Shown one piece after another: positions 1 to 8,908 of a stretch of DNA of 64,000 nucleotides. The position numbers were made by a program, and so were the translations under genes. The notes under the pieces are model-generated. The model saw nothing but the letters and a program-made list of their open reading frames with translations, was not told where the DNA came from and ran no database searches. The number at the start of each line of letters is the position of its first letter. The first letter of the stretch is position 1. The stretch comes from an uncultured Desulfosoma sp. (lineage in GTDB: Bacteria; Desulfobacterota; Syntrophobacteria; Syntrophobacterales; DSM-9756): the NCBI GenBank assembly GCA_937960435.1, contig CALGPN010000003.1, positions 128,117 through 192,116 of the forward strand. The letters run 5' to 3'.

Positions 1-110
1 CCGAGTATGGACACATGGTTGGGCCGGACCTTGAACCGCACAAGGACCGGCACGAAATAAGTTTGCAACACCTTGTAGTACTGTGTCTCGATAACTGTGC
101 CTTTAAGCAT
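1..110 (-). CDS. Probable CDP-alcohol phosphatidyltransferase family protein, N-terminal fragment (runs off window start)
   Basis: Manual translation of the minus strand from ATG at 110: MLKGTVIETQYYKVLQTYFVPVLVRFKVRPNHVSILG; the PNxxS/TxxG motif is typical of the family start. Only 36 codons visible. Confidence 0.5.
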   Translation of the reverse strand, partial: MLKGTVIETQYYKVLQTYFVPVLVRFKVRPNHVSIL

Positions 111-246
111 CGTTATGATCCTCTCCGCTCCTGAGAAGTCGAGCCCGCACTATACACACATCACGCCTCCTTGAATAGGGGCATGTGCAAAGAGGCCCTT
201 GCACCTCTGTTGAACTGAAGCGGCAGAGACAACATGGCTTGCGAGG

Positions 247-1491
247 TTATCGAGCCGCGATCCCTTTTCCGAGAAAGAGCCTGGCCAAGACGGGGGTTTC
301 GGCTGGAAGAATGCCGCGACCGGATGGAATCACGGCGTAAGCGTTGCTTGCGGCAAAATGAGACAAGGAATGGGTGGAGTCCGAAAGGATTGGGTCGAAC
401 CAGAGCGTTTCTCCGCGCACGAAAAGCTCTCCGGGGATGGCTCGAACCCCGCGGCCTTCCCAAGTCAGCCCGCGCCGGAGACGCGCCGCGTAGGTCGAGC
501 TGAGCGGCTTTTGTGATCCGTGCCAGGTTTCCAGCATCGGCACGAAGAGCTCATGGAAAACCGCCGCCGCCGCCCACGGCGCTCCGGGAAGGGCCCAAAA
601 AAGCTGGTCTCCGCGGCGCCCCAAAGCTGTTCCTCCGCCGGGTTTCATGGTGATCCCCCGAAAAATCGGGACGATTTCGAGATCTCTCCAGACGCGGAAG
701 ATGAAATCTTTGTCGCCGCGTCCGGTCCCTCCCGTGGTGACCACGGCGTGCCCCGGTGCTTTGTCCAGCAGGGTCGCGATAGCCGAAGGGTCGTCCGAGC
801 CGCAACCGAGATGAAGGGGGGCTGCCCCCGACAAATGCGCGAGGGCGGCTAAAAGGTAACGGGTATCGGCGTATGAGGCGCCGGGGCGCCACGCCGTGCC
901 GGGTTCAAGGATTTCGGTCCCGGTGCTCGCCAGGGCCACATGGAAGCGCATGAACACGGGAACACGAGCGTAGCCCATGGCCACGGCCGAGGCCACACAC
1001 GAGGCCGTCATTGGGGTTCCGGCTCGCACCCCGATGGCTCCGCGAGCCATTTGTTCGCCCACCGGGGAGACCCAATGGCCCGGAAGCACCTCCGCAAAAA
1101 CTCTGATCCCGTTCCCCGACCGTTCCACGTCTTCGTCGGGGACGACGGCATCGGCCCCTTGCGGGAGAACGGCCCCCGTGAGAATGCGGCATGCCGTTGC
1201 CGGTTCTAACGACAGGGCCGGTATTGTCCCTGCGGCCAAGACGCCGTCGAGGCATCGCAACTCCCGGGGAGCGGTTCGGGTAGCACCGCGCGTGTCTTGA
1301 GCTCGCACGGCGTAGCCGTCCATTCTCGATCGCGCTTCCGAAGGTATGGCGAAAGGAGCGGTAAGGTCGTGTGCCACGATCCGCCCAAGAGCCGCGTCCA
1401 CGGGAATCCATTGGACGGGCCCCCGTTTCACGGCGCGGGCCGCCAGAACCGAGGCTTCCTCCAAGGAAATAGGCTCTGAGCGTGAAGTCAT
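247..1491 (-). CDS. moeA: Molybdopterin molybdenumtransferase MoeA (gephyrin-like)
   Basis: SRMDGYAV, RILTGA, STGTE, TTGGTGRGDKDF, MKPG, LPGAP motifs; 414 aa; directly downstream of mobA. Confidence 0.9.
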   Translation of the reverse strand: MTSRSEPISLEEASVLAARAVKRGPVQWIPVDAALGRIVAHDLTAPFAIPSEARSRMDGYAVRAQDTRGATRTAPRELRCLDGVLAAGTIPALSLEPATACRILTGAVLPQGADAVVPDEDVERSGNGIRVFAEVLPGHWVSPVGEQMARGAIGVRAGTPMTASCVASAVAMGYARVPVFMRFHVALASTGTEILEPGTAWRPGASYADTRYLLAALAHLSGAAPLHLGCGSDDPSAIATLLDKAPGHAVVTTGGTGRGDKDFIFRVWRDLEIVPIFRGITMKPGGGTALGRRGDQLFWALPGAPWAAAAVFHELFVPMLETWHGSQKPLSSTYAARLRRGLTWEGRGVRAIPGELFVRGETLWFDPILSDSTHSLSHFAASNAYAVIPSGRGILPAETPVLARLFLGKGIAAR

Positions 1492-1492
1492 C

Positions 1493-2119
1493 TTAGGCGT
1501 CTTTGGTCTCCGCAGGCCCCGTCGGAAGAGGTTCCTCGGGAAGCTGAACGATCCTTTGCCAGTCCTCGGGCGTGTTCACATTCCACAGGCTCACGCCTTG
1601 GGGATCATAGACGCGCCATTGAGGTTCGTCCACAGCGTGGACATGGACGCTTCGGTAGAAACTGATCACCTGTCTTCGATCCGCCTCCATGGAGCGACGG
1701 ATGTGCGGCAGGCACCGCACATGATAGAGGGCCATGAGAGGTTCGAAGGCCTGGTCTTTCTTGAGCACGATCACATCCAGGCGGGAGTCCTGCGTGAGGG
1801 AAATGAGGGCCTGGGCCAGGGAGGGCTCCAGGAACGGCATGTCCGTGGCGCGGACGAACACCCAGGGGCGAGGGGAAAAATACAAAGCAGTATAGATACC
1901 CCCAAGGGGCCCGAACCGAGGGACGACGTCCCGCACCAGGAAAGCGTTGAGATCCACATAGGGCGACAGGTCGTTGGCGACGACCATGACCGGATCGCAC
2001 AGAGCGGTGAGCTGAGCGACGGCGCGATCGATGAGGCGCGTGCCTTTCAAGGGCTCGAGAGCTTTGTTGCGTCCGAAACGGCGGCTTTCCCCGCCGGCCA
2101 GGACGGCGCCGGCGATCAC
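1493..2119 (-). CDS. mobA: Molybdenum cofactor guanylyltransferase MobA
   Basis: VLAGGESRRFGRNKAL, GPLGGI, DMPF, NVNTPED motifs; GTG start at 2119 overlaps the mobB stop (GTGA); the ORF-track extension to 2761 overlaps mobB. Confidence 0.92.
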   Translation of the reverse strand: MIAGAVLAGGESRRFGRNKALEPLKGTRLIDRAVAQLTALCDPVMVVANDLSPYVDLNAFLVRDVVPRFGPLGGIYTALYFSPRPWVFVRATDMPFLEPSLAQALISLTQDSRLDVIVLKKDQAFEPLMALYHVRCLPHIRRSMEADRRQVISFYRSVHVHAVDEPQWRVYDPQGVSLWNVNTPEDWQRIVQLPEEPLPTGPAETKDA

Positions 2120-2775
2120 GCCTCGTCTCCCAACGTGATGGTGATGCGCAATTGTCGGGGTCTTTTCCAGCCCCGCAACTGAGAAACCATGCCCACGACG
2201 CCTCCGGCGATAAAATCCTGCACAAAGTCCTTCATGGGAAGCTTTTTGCCGTCCAATTGGACCAGCACACGAGGGCCTTTTCGATCCTCGAGATAGCGCG
2301 ATTGGATAAAATCGGTCAGGCCCTCCACATCGGCAAAGGCAAAGCGAGGCACGTCTATTTCCAGTGCCGTATCGGAGACAAAAGCGATGAGGTTGTCGGA
2401 TGGCGAACACAAGGGCTGGGGTTCGATTTCCGGTCGGAAAAGTTCGATTTTGGGGAACAGGGACTTCTTGAAACCTTCGGCGAGGACGATATCTTCGTCC
2501 CAGAAATATCGCGCCACCACCTCCTCCAACGGCAACTCCTCGGGGACGCTCCGGATGGAGGCGACGCGCATGGGCGAGGAAATGGCGATGGTTTGGGCCC
2601 CAGCCTGGGCGTGACGCCACGTGTCTTTGCCTTCCCGATCCATGTGAAAACCATGGACGTCGTGCTTGACCGTGCCGACGCGGTACCCTCGGCGCACCAA
2701 AGCCGGGATGAGCTTTTCCAGAAAAGTTGTCTTGCCCACGTTGGATGCGCCGACGATACACACGATGGGAACCAT
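2116..2775 (-). CDS. mobB: Molybdopterin-guanine dinucleotide biosynthesis protein MobB with short C-terminal extra domain
   Basis: Walker A GASNVGKTT, VKHDVHGF, GKDTWRH, EGFKK motifs. Confidence 0.92.
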   Translation of the reverse strand: MVPIVCIVGASNVGKTTFLEKLIPALVRRGYRVGTVKHDVHGFHMDREGKDTWRHAQAGAQTIAISSPMRVASIRSVPEELPLEEVVARYFWDEDIVLAEGFKKSLFPKIELFRPEIEPQPLCSPSDNLIAFVSDTALEIDVPRFAFADVEGLTDFIQSRYLEDRKGPRVLVQLDGKKLPMKDFVQDFIAGGVVGMVSQLRGWKRPRQLRITITLGDEA

Positions 2776-2788
2776 CTGCCGCCCCCTT

Positions 2789-4264
2789 TCAATAAGCCAG
2801 ATAGATGGTTTTCAATTCGGTAAAGGCTTCCACACCAAAGCGTGACTTTTCTCGGCCGAGACCGCTGTGTTTCATTCCTCCGAAGGGGGCGTCCGGCAGG
2901 GCTTGATGAATCCCGTTGATCCATACGGTGCCCGCTTCCAGTTCGTGTGCCAGGCGCAAACCCTTGCTGAGATCCTGTGTGAAGACATAAGCGGCAAGCC
3001 CGTAGGGAGATCGGTTGGCCTCCGCGAGGGCTTCCGCCTCGTCGTGAAAAGGGACGAGAAGGGTCACGGGCCCGAAGATTTCTTCGCAAAAGAGCGGCGC
3101 GTGGGCAGGGAGGCCCGTAATGACGGTGGGAGGATAGTAAAAACCGTGTTTGAGCCGGCCCGGCAAGGCGGCTTGCCGCACGGTCGCGCCGGCCTTTTGG
3201 GCTCGAGAAACCTGTTCGGCGACGCGCCGGACGATGTCCGGATGGTTCAGCGGTCCCAGGTCCACATCGGGTTCCAAAGGGTGGCCGACGCGAAGGCGCA
3301 CGACGTGATCGACAAACTCCGAGAGGAAGCTGTCCCAACACGATCTCGCCACGTAAAAACGCGTGATGCGGTAGCAATACTGGCCGGAGTTTTTGTAGGC
3401 CTGGGTGACCATGTGGGGAAGAAGCGAGCGCCAGTCCGCATCCTCACAGATTATGGCGGGACATGTGCCGCCCAGTTCCAGAATGAGGCGTTTAACGCCC
3501 GAGGCGGCCCGCCGCTGGATCTCCTTACCCACCTCCGTACTGCCGGTAAAGGAAATGCAGCGCACGTCCGGATGGGCGACCAAGGCGGCGCCGGTCACGG
3601 GTCCCGGCCCCGTGACCACTTGGAAAAGTCCCGGAGGAAGGGCTGCCTCCAAGGCCAGCTTGGCGAGCTGGAGCGAGGACAAAGGGGTATGCTCATCGGG
3701 TTTGGCCACCACGGCGCATCCCACGGCCAAAGCCGGTATGGCCTTGCACGCGAGGGTGCTCAGCGGATAGTTGAAGGGGGTGACCGCTCCCACCACGCCC
3801 ACCGGTTCCCGAACCACCAGGGTATGGCGCCCCGGATCTCCCAAAAGGGGCAGATGGCCGGAAAGTCGATAACCCTCTTCGGCAAAATAGTCGATGAGCT
3901 GGGCTGTGTTGTCGACTTCCGATGCGGCGGCCCGCAAAGGCTTTCCTGTTTCCCGACTCAGAAGGCTCGAAAGCGCATCCTTGTACGCCCGAACGCGTTG
4001 TCCCAAAGACCGGAGGACGTCCCTGCGGTGCGGCGGTGGGGCGCTTTTCCATTCCTTTTGGGCTTTAGCGGCTCCCTCGACGGCCCGATGGACCCACGAA
4101 GCGTCACACACCGGAACGTGCGCGAAGGGTTCTTCGGAGGCCGGATCGTGAACGGCCATCCACGGTTCCGCGAACCGCTCGGCGCCGTCGATCCAGCATC
4201 CGAATCTTTCTCCAGGCGGCTCCGCCGCCACCGAGGGTTCCAAAGACGTGCTCCTCATCTCCAC
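2789..4264 (-). CDS. NAD(P)-dependent aldehyde dehydrogenase (succinate-semialdehyde dehydrogenase-like)
   Basis: PFNYP, KPDEHTP, FTGS, LELGG (catalytic Glu), NSGQYC (catalytic Cys), EEIFGPV, PFGGMKHSG motifs. Confidence 0.9.
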   Translation of the reverse strand: MEMRSTSLEPSVAAEPPGERFGCWIDGAERFAEPWMAVHDPASEEPFAHVPVCDASWVHRAVEGAAKAQKEWKSAPPPHRRDVLRSLGQRVRAYKDALSSLLSRETGKPLRAAASEVDNTAQLIDYFAEEGYRLSGHLPLLGDPGRHTLVVREPVGVVGAVTPFNYPLSTLACKAIPALAVGCAVVAKPDEHTPLSSLQLAKLALEAALPPGLFQVVTGPGPVTGAALVAHPDVRCISFTGSTEVGKEIQRRAASGVKRLILELGGTCPAIICEDADWRSLLPHMVTQAYKNSGQYCYRITRFYVARSCWDSFLSEFVDHVVRLRVGHPLEPDVDLGPLNHPDIVRRVAEQVSRAQKAGATVRQAALPGRLKHGFYYPPTVITGLPAHAPLFCEEIFGPVTLLVPFHDEAEALAEANRSPYGLAAYVFTQDLSKGLRLAHELEAGTVWINGIHQALPDAPFGGMKHSGLGREKSRFGVEAFTELKTIYLAY

Positions 4265-4346
4265 CTGAAAATCGTGTCAAAGGAAATGGGCCGAAGGATT
4301 GTCGGGAGTCACCGGAGCTTTAAAAAGGTCCGGCAACGGGGCTCAA

Positions 4347-4375
4347 ACTATGCCACACGGTTCCTGGGGTGTCAA
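4347..4375 (-). promoter_or_regulatory. Sigma-70-type promoter for the ALDH-mobB-mobA-moeA unit
   Basis: Minus strand TTGACA (4375-4370), 17-nt spacer, CATAGT (4352-4347). Confidence 0.55.
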
Positions 4376-4460
4376 CGCGTCGACCCGGCGTCGGTCCGGC
4401 GCCGTTGACGGTTTCGGCTTGCGTGTGTTTATATGGGCTCGATTGGGAGGTTGAGACCGC

Positions 4461-5264
4461 ATGATTTCTTATCCTCATATCAGTCCGGACATTGTCGCCA
4501 TCGGGCCGATCCGCATTCGCTGGTACGGCCTGATGTATGTCCTCGGGTTTCTCGCGACGTATTTTCTTGTTCCCAGGCTCCCCAAAGCCAAACAGATCGG
4601 CCTCACTTCCGAGCGCATGCAAGACCTCATCCTCTACTTGGCCGTGGGGTTGATCGTCGGGGCGCGGCTGGGATTCCTCTTTTTTTATCAGTACGACAAT
4701 TGGGAATTCTATTGGAAACATCCGCTGGAAATCATCGCCACCTGGCATGGGGGCATGTCCTTTCACGGGGGATTTCTCGGTGCCGTCGTGGCGGGATGGC
4801 TTTTTTGCCGACGCAGTCGACTGCCATTTTGGGGTGTTGCGGACTGCGTGGCGGTGACGGCGCCCATCGGATTGGGGCTGGGACGGATCGGCAATTTTAT
4901 CAACGGCGAACTTTACGGCCGGCCCAGCGATGTCCCCTGGGCCATGGTGTTTCCCGACGGCGGGCCGTTGCCCCGCCACCCGTCGCAGATCTATGAAGCC
5001 TTGGGCGAGGGTCTCCTTCTTTTCGCCATCCTTTGGATTCTGTCGAGAAAAGACCGCCGCCACGGAGTGATTGTCACGGCTTTTCTTTTCTTCTACGGCG
5101 TCATCCGGTTTCTCCTCGAGTTTTTCCGAGAACCCGACGAAAACTTGGGATTTCTTTTGGGCCATTGGACCATGGGGCAGGTGCTGTGTGCAGCCATGGT
5201 GGTCGCAGCGGCGATCCTCTATTTCAGAGGCCTCGGCCGTGGCGTGCGCCGTCACAAAACATGA
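4461..5264 (+). CDS. lgt: Prolipoprotein diacylglyceryl transferase
   Basis: IRWYGLMY, GARLG, GGMSFHGG, GRIGNFINGELYGR, RHPSQIYE, RFLLEFFREPD motifs; GGAGG SD upstream. Confidence 0.97.
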   Translation: MISYPHISPDIVAIGPIRIRWYGLMYVLGFLATYFLVPRLPKAKQIGLTSERMQDLILYLAVGLIVGARLGFLFFYQYDNWEFYWKHPLEIIATWHGGMSFHGGFLGAVVAGWLFCRRSRLPFWGVADCVAVTAPIGLGLGRIGNFINGELYGRPSDVPWAMVFPDGGPLPRHPSQIYEALGEGLLLFAILWILSRKDRRHGVIVTAFLFFYGVIRFLLEFFREPDENLGFLLGHWTMGQVLCAAMVVAAAILYFRGLGRGVRRHKT

Positions 5265-5277
5265 GGAAGCGGATCAC

Positions 5278-7209
5278 ATGAGCGAAAGCAGGAACGGCTC
5301 CCTTGAAACGGGGCGCCCCGCCGTGGATTCCTGGCGGGAACGCTTTCAAAAAAAACTGACGGACACACGCCGCGCCTTCCGGGCGCTGAAGCGGGGGCAA
5401 AGAATTTTCATCGGGTCGGCCTGCGGGGAGCCCCAGCATTTGGTTCGCGCTTTGGAAGAGACACTGCCGACGCTGGCCGACATCGAGATTCTTCACATAT
5501 TGAGTCTCGGGACGCACACGTTTCTCGAGGAAAGCTATCACGACAAGTGTCGTTTGAAATCTTTCTTCGTGGCGGCAGCCTCCCGCAAAGCGGTGGCGGA
5601 AGGTCGGGCCGACTACACGCCGATCAATTTGGGTGATGTTCCCGGACTTTTTCGAAGCGGGGCCCTACCCATCGACGTGGCCTTGATCCAAGTCTCGCCT
5701 CCCGACGACCACGGGTTCTGTTCTCTGGGCGTTTCTGTGGATATCGTCAAAGCGGCCGCCGAAAACGCCAGAACGGTCATCGCCCAAATCAACAGCCACA
5801 TGCCGCGAACCCTTGGGGATTCTTTCGTCCATATCGACGAAATCGACACGTTGATTGCCTGGGATGAACCGTTGTTGGAAATGCCTGCGCCGCCGATCAC
5901 CCCTGTGGCCTCGGCCATCGGTGCCCAAGCGGCAAAGATCATTGAAGACGGATCCACCATCCGCGTCGGCGTGGGATCCATCCCGAGCGCCGTGATCTAC
6001 GCCCTTGAGGATAAAAAAGATATCGGTGTTCACACGGACATGCTCACCGATCCCTATCTTCACCTCGTGGAACGGGGGGTGATCACCAACGCCAAAAAGA
6101 CTCTCCATCCGGGAAAGATTGTGGCCAGTTTCTGCCTCGGCACCCGAGCGCTTTACGATTTCGTCCACAACAACCCCATGGTGGCCCTTTTCCCCGTGGA
6201 ATACACGAACAACTATCTGATCATCTCGCAAAACGACAAAATGGTCACGGTCAATTCCGCTTTGGAAATCGATCTCACGGGCCAGGTGTGTTCCGATTCC
6301 ATGGGGTATCAGATTTATAGCGGTGTGGGGGGGGCCGTGGATTTCCTAAGAGGCGCCCGCAATTCCCGGGGAGGCAAAACCATTACCGTGTTGCCGTCTT
6401 TAACGGAAGACGGGCGCTCCCGCATCGTCCCCACCCTCACGCCCGGCGGCGGCGTGGTGACCACGCGGGGAGGCGTCCAATTTGTGGTGACGGAATACGG
6501 TATCGCTCAACTTCAGGGCAAGAGCCTCCGGGAACGGGCCTTGGCGTTGATCGGCATCGCCCATCCGGATTTTCGAGAGGAACTCACACGCCATGCCTAC
6601 CGGATCCAGCTGCTCAAAAGGGAGCAGTTTGCCATTAGAGCCGCCAAGGCCATTTATCCTGAGGAACTGGAAGTGACTCAGGTTTTCGACGACCAGACGG
6701 AAGTTTTTTTCCGACCGGCCAAGCCCACCGACGAGCGGCTTCTTCGGGAATTTTTTTACTCGCTGCCGAAGGACGAGGCCTACATCCGGTTTTTGTCCAC
6801 CATGAAAGTCTATCCACAGGTGGATGTGAACCGATTGGTAAATATTGACTACGAAAAGGAAATGACCCTTGTGGGACTGGTGGGAGATATCGAAGAAGAG
6901 CGGATCGTCGCCGTCGGGCGGTTCATCGCCGACGAAGAGTCCCTTGGGGCGGAAGTGGATTTTGCGGTCCATCCCGATTACGGCCGACGTGGCATCGCCT
7001 CTTTTATGATCCAATATCTGGCCGAAATCGCCGTGAAGAACGGTATTCGCCAATTTCGGGCCTACATCCGGCCGGGAAACGAAAGGGTCTTTGGGGTGTT
7101 CCAGAAGCTGGGCTATCTTGTGGACAGTTCCTTTATGGAAGGGTTCTACGAAATCCGGGTGCACTTCGACAAACCCGTGGATATTTGTCTCACCGAGGTG
7201 TCGTCCTGA
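5278..7209 (+). CDS. Acetyl-CoA hydrolase/4-hydroxybutyrate CoA-transferase family domain fused to a C-terminal GNAT acetyltransferase
   Basis: SLGVSVD, INSHMPRTLGDSFVH, DLTGQVCSDS, SGVGGAVDF, VVTEYGIAQL, LIGIAHPDFREEL; C-terminal AVHPDYGRRGIAS acetyl-CoA-binding motif; ATG at 5278 follows the lgt stop. Confidence 0.88.
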   Translation: MSESRNGSLETGRPAVDSWRERFQKKLTDTRRAFRALKRGQRIFIGSACGEPQHLVRALEETLPTLADIEILHILSLGTHTFLEESYHDKCRLKSFFVAAASRKAVAEGRADYTPINLGDVPGLFRSGALPIDVALIQVSPPDDHGFCSLGVSVDIVKAAAENARTVIAQINSHMPRTLGDSFVHIDEIDTLIAWDEPLLEMPAPPITPVASAIGAQAAKIIEDGSTIRVGVGSIPSAVIYALEDKKDIGVHTDMLTDPYLHLVERGVITNAKKTLHPGKIVASFCLGTRALYDFVHNNPMVALFPVEYTNNYLIISQNDKMVTVNSALEIDLTGQVCSDSMGYQIYSGVGGAVDFLRGARNSRGGKTITVLPSLTEDGRSRIVPTLTPGGGVVTTRGGVQFVVTEYGIAQLQGKSLRERALALIGIAHPDFREELTRHAYRIQLLKREQFAIRAAKAIYPEELEVTQVFDDQTEVFFRPAKPTDERLLREFFYSLPKDEAYIRFLSTMKVYPQVDVNRLVNIDYEKEMTLVGLVGDIEEERIVAVGRFIADEESLGAEVDFAVHPDYGRRGIASFMIQYLAEIAVKNGIRQFRAYIRPGNERVFGVFQKLGYLVDSSFMEGFYEIRVHFDKPVDICLTEVSS

Positions 7210-8129
7210 TGGGGGACAAGGAGTGGGAAGCCATTCGCCGCATTTCGGCGCAGCTCGATCGCCTGCAACAGGAGCTGTGGGCGCTGAAGGCTTCGCAGGG
7301 GGCGTGGGTCCATCCTGTGGAGAGCGCCTTGGGGCAAAGGGGGCTTCCCGTGGCCAGTCACGGGGACACCACCCACGTCATGGTGCCGCCCGAGGCTCCC
7401 CAATGGGCCGTAGACCGCTTTTACGGACTGCTGCGGCGATATTCCTTCCGATTGTTTTTGAGAGATTTGATTCATAGCTCGGCGACCTCTTCCCCGGAAT
7501 CTCTCACCCGTTACTGTTCCCTCAAAACCGTCCGAACCTACCTCAAGGAACTCGCGTGTATCGGCATCATCTCCGTGGACCCCCAGGGGCGATGGCAATG
7601 GGCTCGAGAGCCGGTGCCCAGTTTCGGGCCGACGTTGGAATGGTACGTGTGGCAAATTTTTCAGCGCGAGTTCTTGGCCCCGGCCATTTTCAACGTCCGC
7701 CTCGATCGTACGCGGCACGGGGGCGACTACGATGTGATCGCCTTGGTGAACAACCGGCTTGTCCTTGTGGAAGTGAAATCTTCGCCCCCACGCGGTGTGG
7801 AGATGCCGGCCGTCAAAGCTTTCCTCAACCGCCTCAGAGACTTGCAGCCCGATGTGGCCGTGTTTCTGGTGGATACTGAACTGCGGATGCGCGACAAGAT
7901 CGCTCAGCTGTTCCAGGAGGCTCTGGCCGACTCCGGGGACGAACAAGGCGCCGAGGTGACTCGGCTGGTTCACGAACTGTTCCATATCAATCATTGCCTT
8001 TATCTGATCAACAGCCGAAGAGGCATTTACAGCAACCTTCGAGTCTGTCTGAGGGATGCGTTCCGATGGCATCCCATGGCGGGAAGGTTTCGGGGTCGAG
8101 AGGAAAATCGGCACGCCTCGGGGCTGTGA
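7209..8129 (+). CDS. Hypothetical protein with predicted PD-(D/E)xK nuclease-like domain and possible helix-turn-helix segment
   Basis: GPTLEWYV ... GGDYDVIALVNNRLVLVEVKSS gives an E...D-x13-ExK arrangement; ATG overlaps the upstream TGA (TGATG). Confidence 0.6.
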   Translation: MGDKEWEAIRRISAQLDRLQQELWALKASQGAWVHPVESALGQRGLPVASHGDTTHVMVPPEAPQWAVDRFYGLLRRYSFRLFLRDLIHSSATSSPESLTRYCSLKTVRTYLKELACIGIISVDPQGRWQWAREPVPSFGPTLEWYVWQIFQREFLAPAIFNVRLDRTRHGGDYDVIALVNNRLVLVEVKSSPPRGVEMPAVKAFLNRLRDLQPDVAVFLVDTELRMRDKIAQLFQEALADSGDEQGAEVTRLVHELFHINHCLYLINSRRGIYSNLRVCLRDAFRWHPMAGRFRGREENRHASGL

Positions 8130-8210
8130 TCGCCCGCCGGTTCGGCGCGGGGTGTGATGGGCCGGAGTCGGCTGTGGCATGTGACAGGAAAAGTGGAGGT
8201 CAATCAAAGG

Positions 8211-8879
8211 ATGCCCAAACCCGAAAGGCTTTATATCTACCCTTGGGAAAGTTACACGGAAAACAATTGCAACAGTTATTTTATCGACGGTCCCGTCAAA
8301 ACTCTCATCGATCCCGGTCACGCCCATCTGCTTCATCACCTGGAAGCGCGGATGGCGCAGGACGGTTTCAGCCTGGAGGACGTGCACCTTGCCTTGGCGA
8401 CCCATCCTCACCCGGATCATTGCGAAGGCCTGCTGAAACTCAAGGAACTCGGGGCGCTCATTGCCATGCACGAGGAAGCTCTGGCGTTTCTCAAAAGCTT
8501 CAGCGCCCAATGGGAATACATGACCGGCCGAAAAGTTCCCGATTTTCCTGTGGACTTTTTTGTCAAGGAAGGTCGATTGACCTTGGACTCGGAGGTGTTT
8601 GGCGTGCTGGAAACGCCGGGGCATGCCCCGGGATCTATTTGTTTCTATTGGGAAAAGGAAGGCGTGCTATTTTCCGGAGACGTGGTATTCGTCCAGAGCG
8701 TGGGCCGAGTGGACCTTCCGGGCGGCAATGCGGCCCTTTTGGCTCGAAGCATCGCAAAGCTCATGAGCCTGGATGTTCAGCTGCTGTGCCCGGGTCATGG
8801 CCCGACGCTTGAGGGACGGGGCGATGTGAAGGAAAACTTCTATTTGATCCGCCAATATTTCTTTGGGCCTCAGGCCTAG
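8211..8879 (+). CDS. MBL-fold metallo-hydrolase (glyoxalase II-like)
   Basis: LIDPG, THPHPDH, TPGHAPGS, FSGD, PGHG motifs; GGAGGT SD upstream of ATG 8211. Confidence 0.9.
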   Translation: MPKPERLYIYPWESYTENNCNSYFIDGPVKTLIDPGHAHLLHHLEARMAQDGFSLEDVHLALATHPHPDHCEGLLKLKELGALIAMHEEALAFLKSFSAQWEYMTGRKVPDFPVDFFVKEGRLTLDSEVFGVLETPGHAPGSICFYWEKEGVLFSGDVVFVQSVGRVDLPGGNAALLARSIAKLMSLDVQLLCPGHGPTLEGRGDVKENFYLIRQYFFGPQA

Positions 8880-8908
8880 CGGCGTGCGAAGGGTTGCCGA
8901 AACGTCGC

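Noticed and set aside
2418-2432. GGTTCGATTTCC resembling a tRNA T-loop
   Set aside because: Inside mobB coding sequence, with no acceptor stem or cloverleaf.
1493-2761. 422-aa ORF covering mobA and most of mobB, suggesting a fusion
   Set aside because: The upstream part is an alternate frame of mobB with no recognisable motif; MobA motifs start right after the GTG at 2119.
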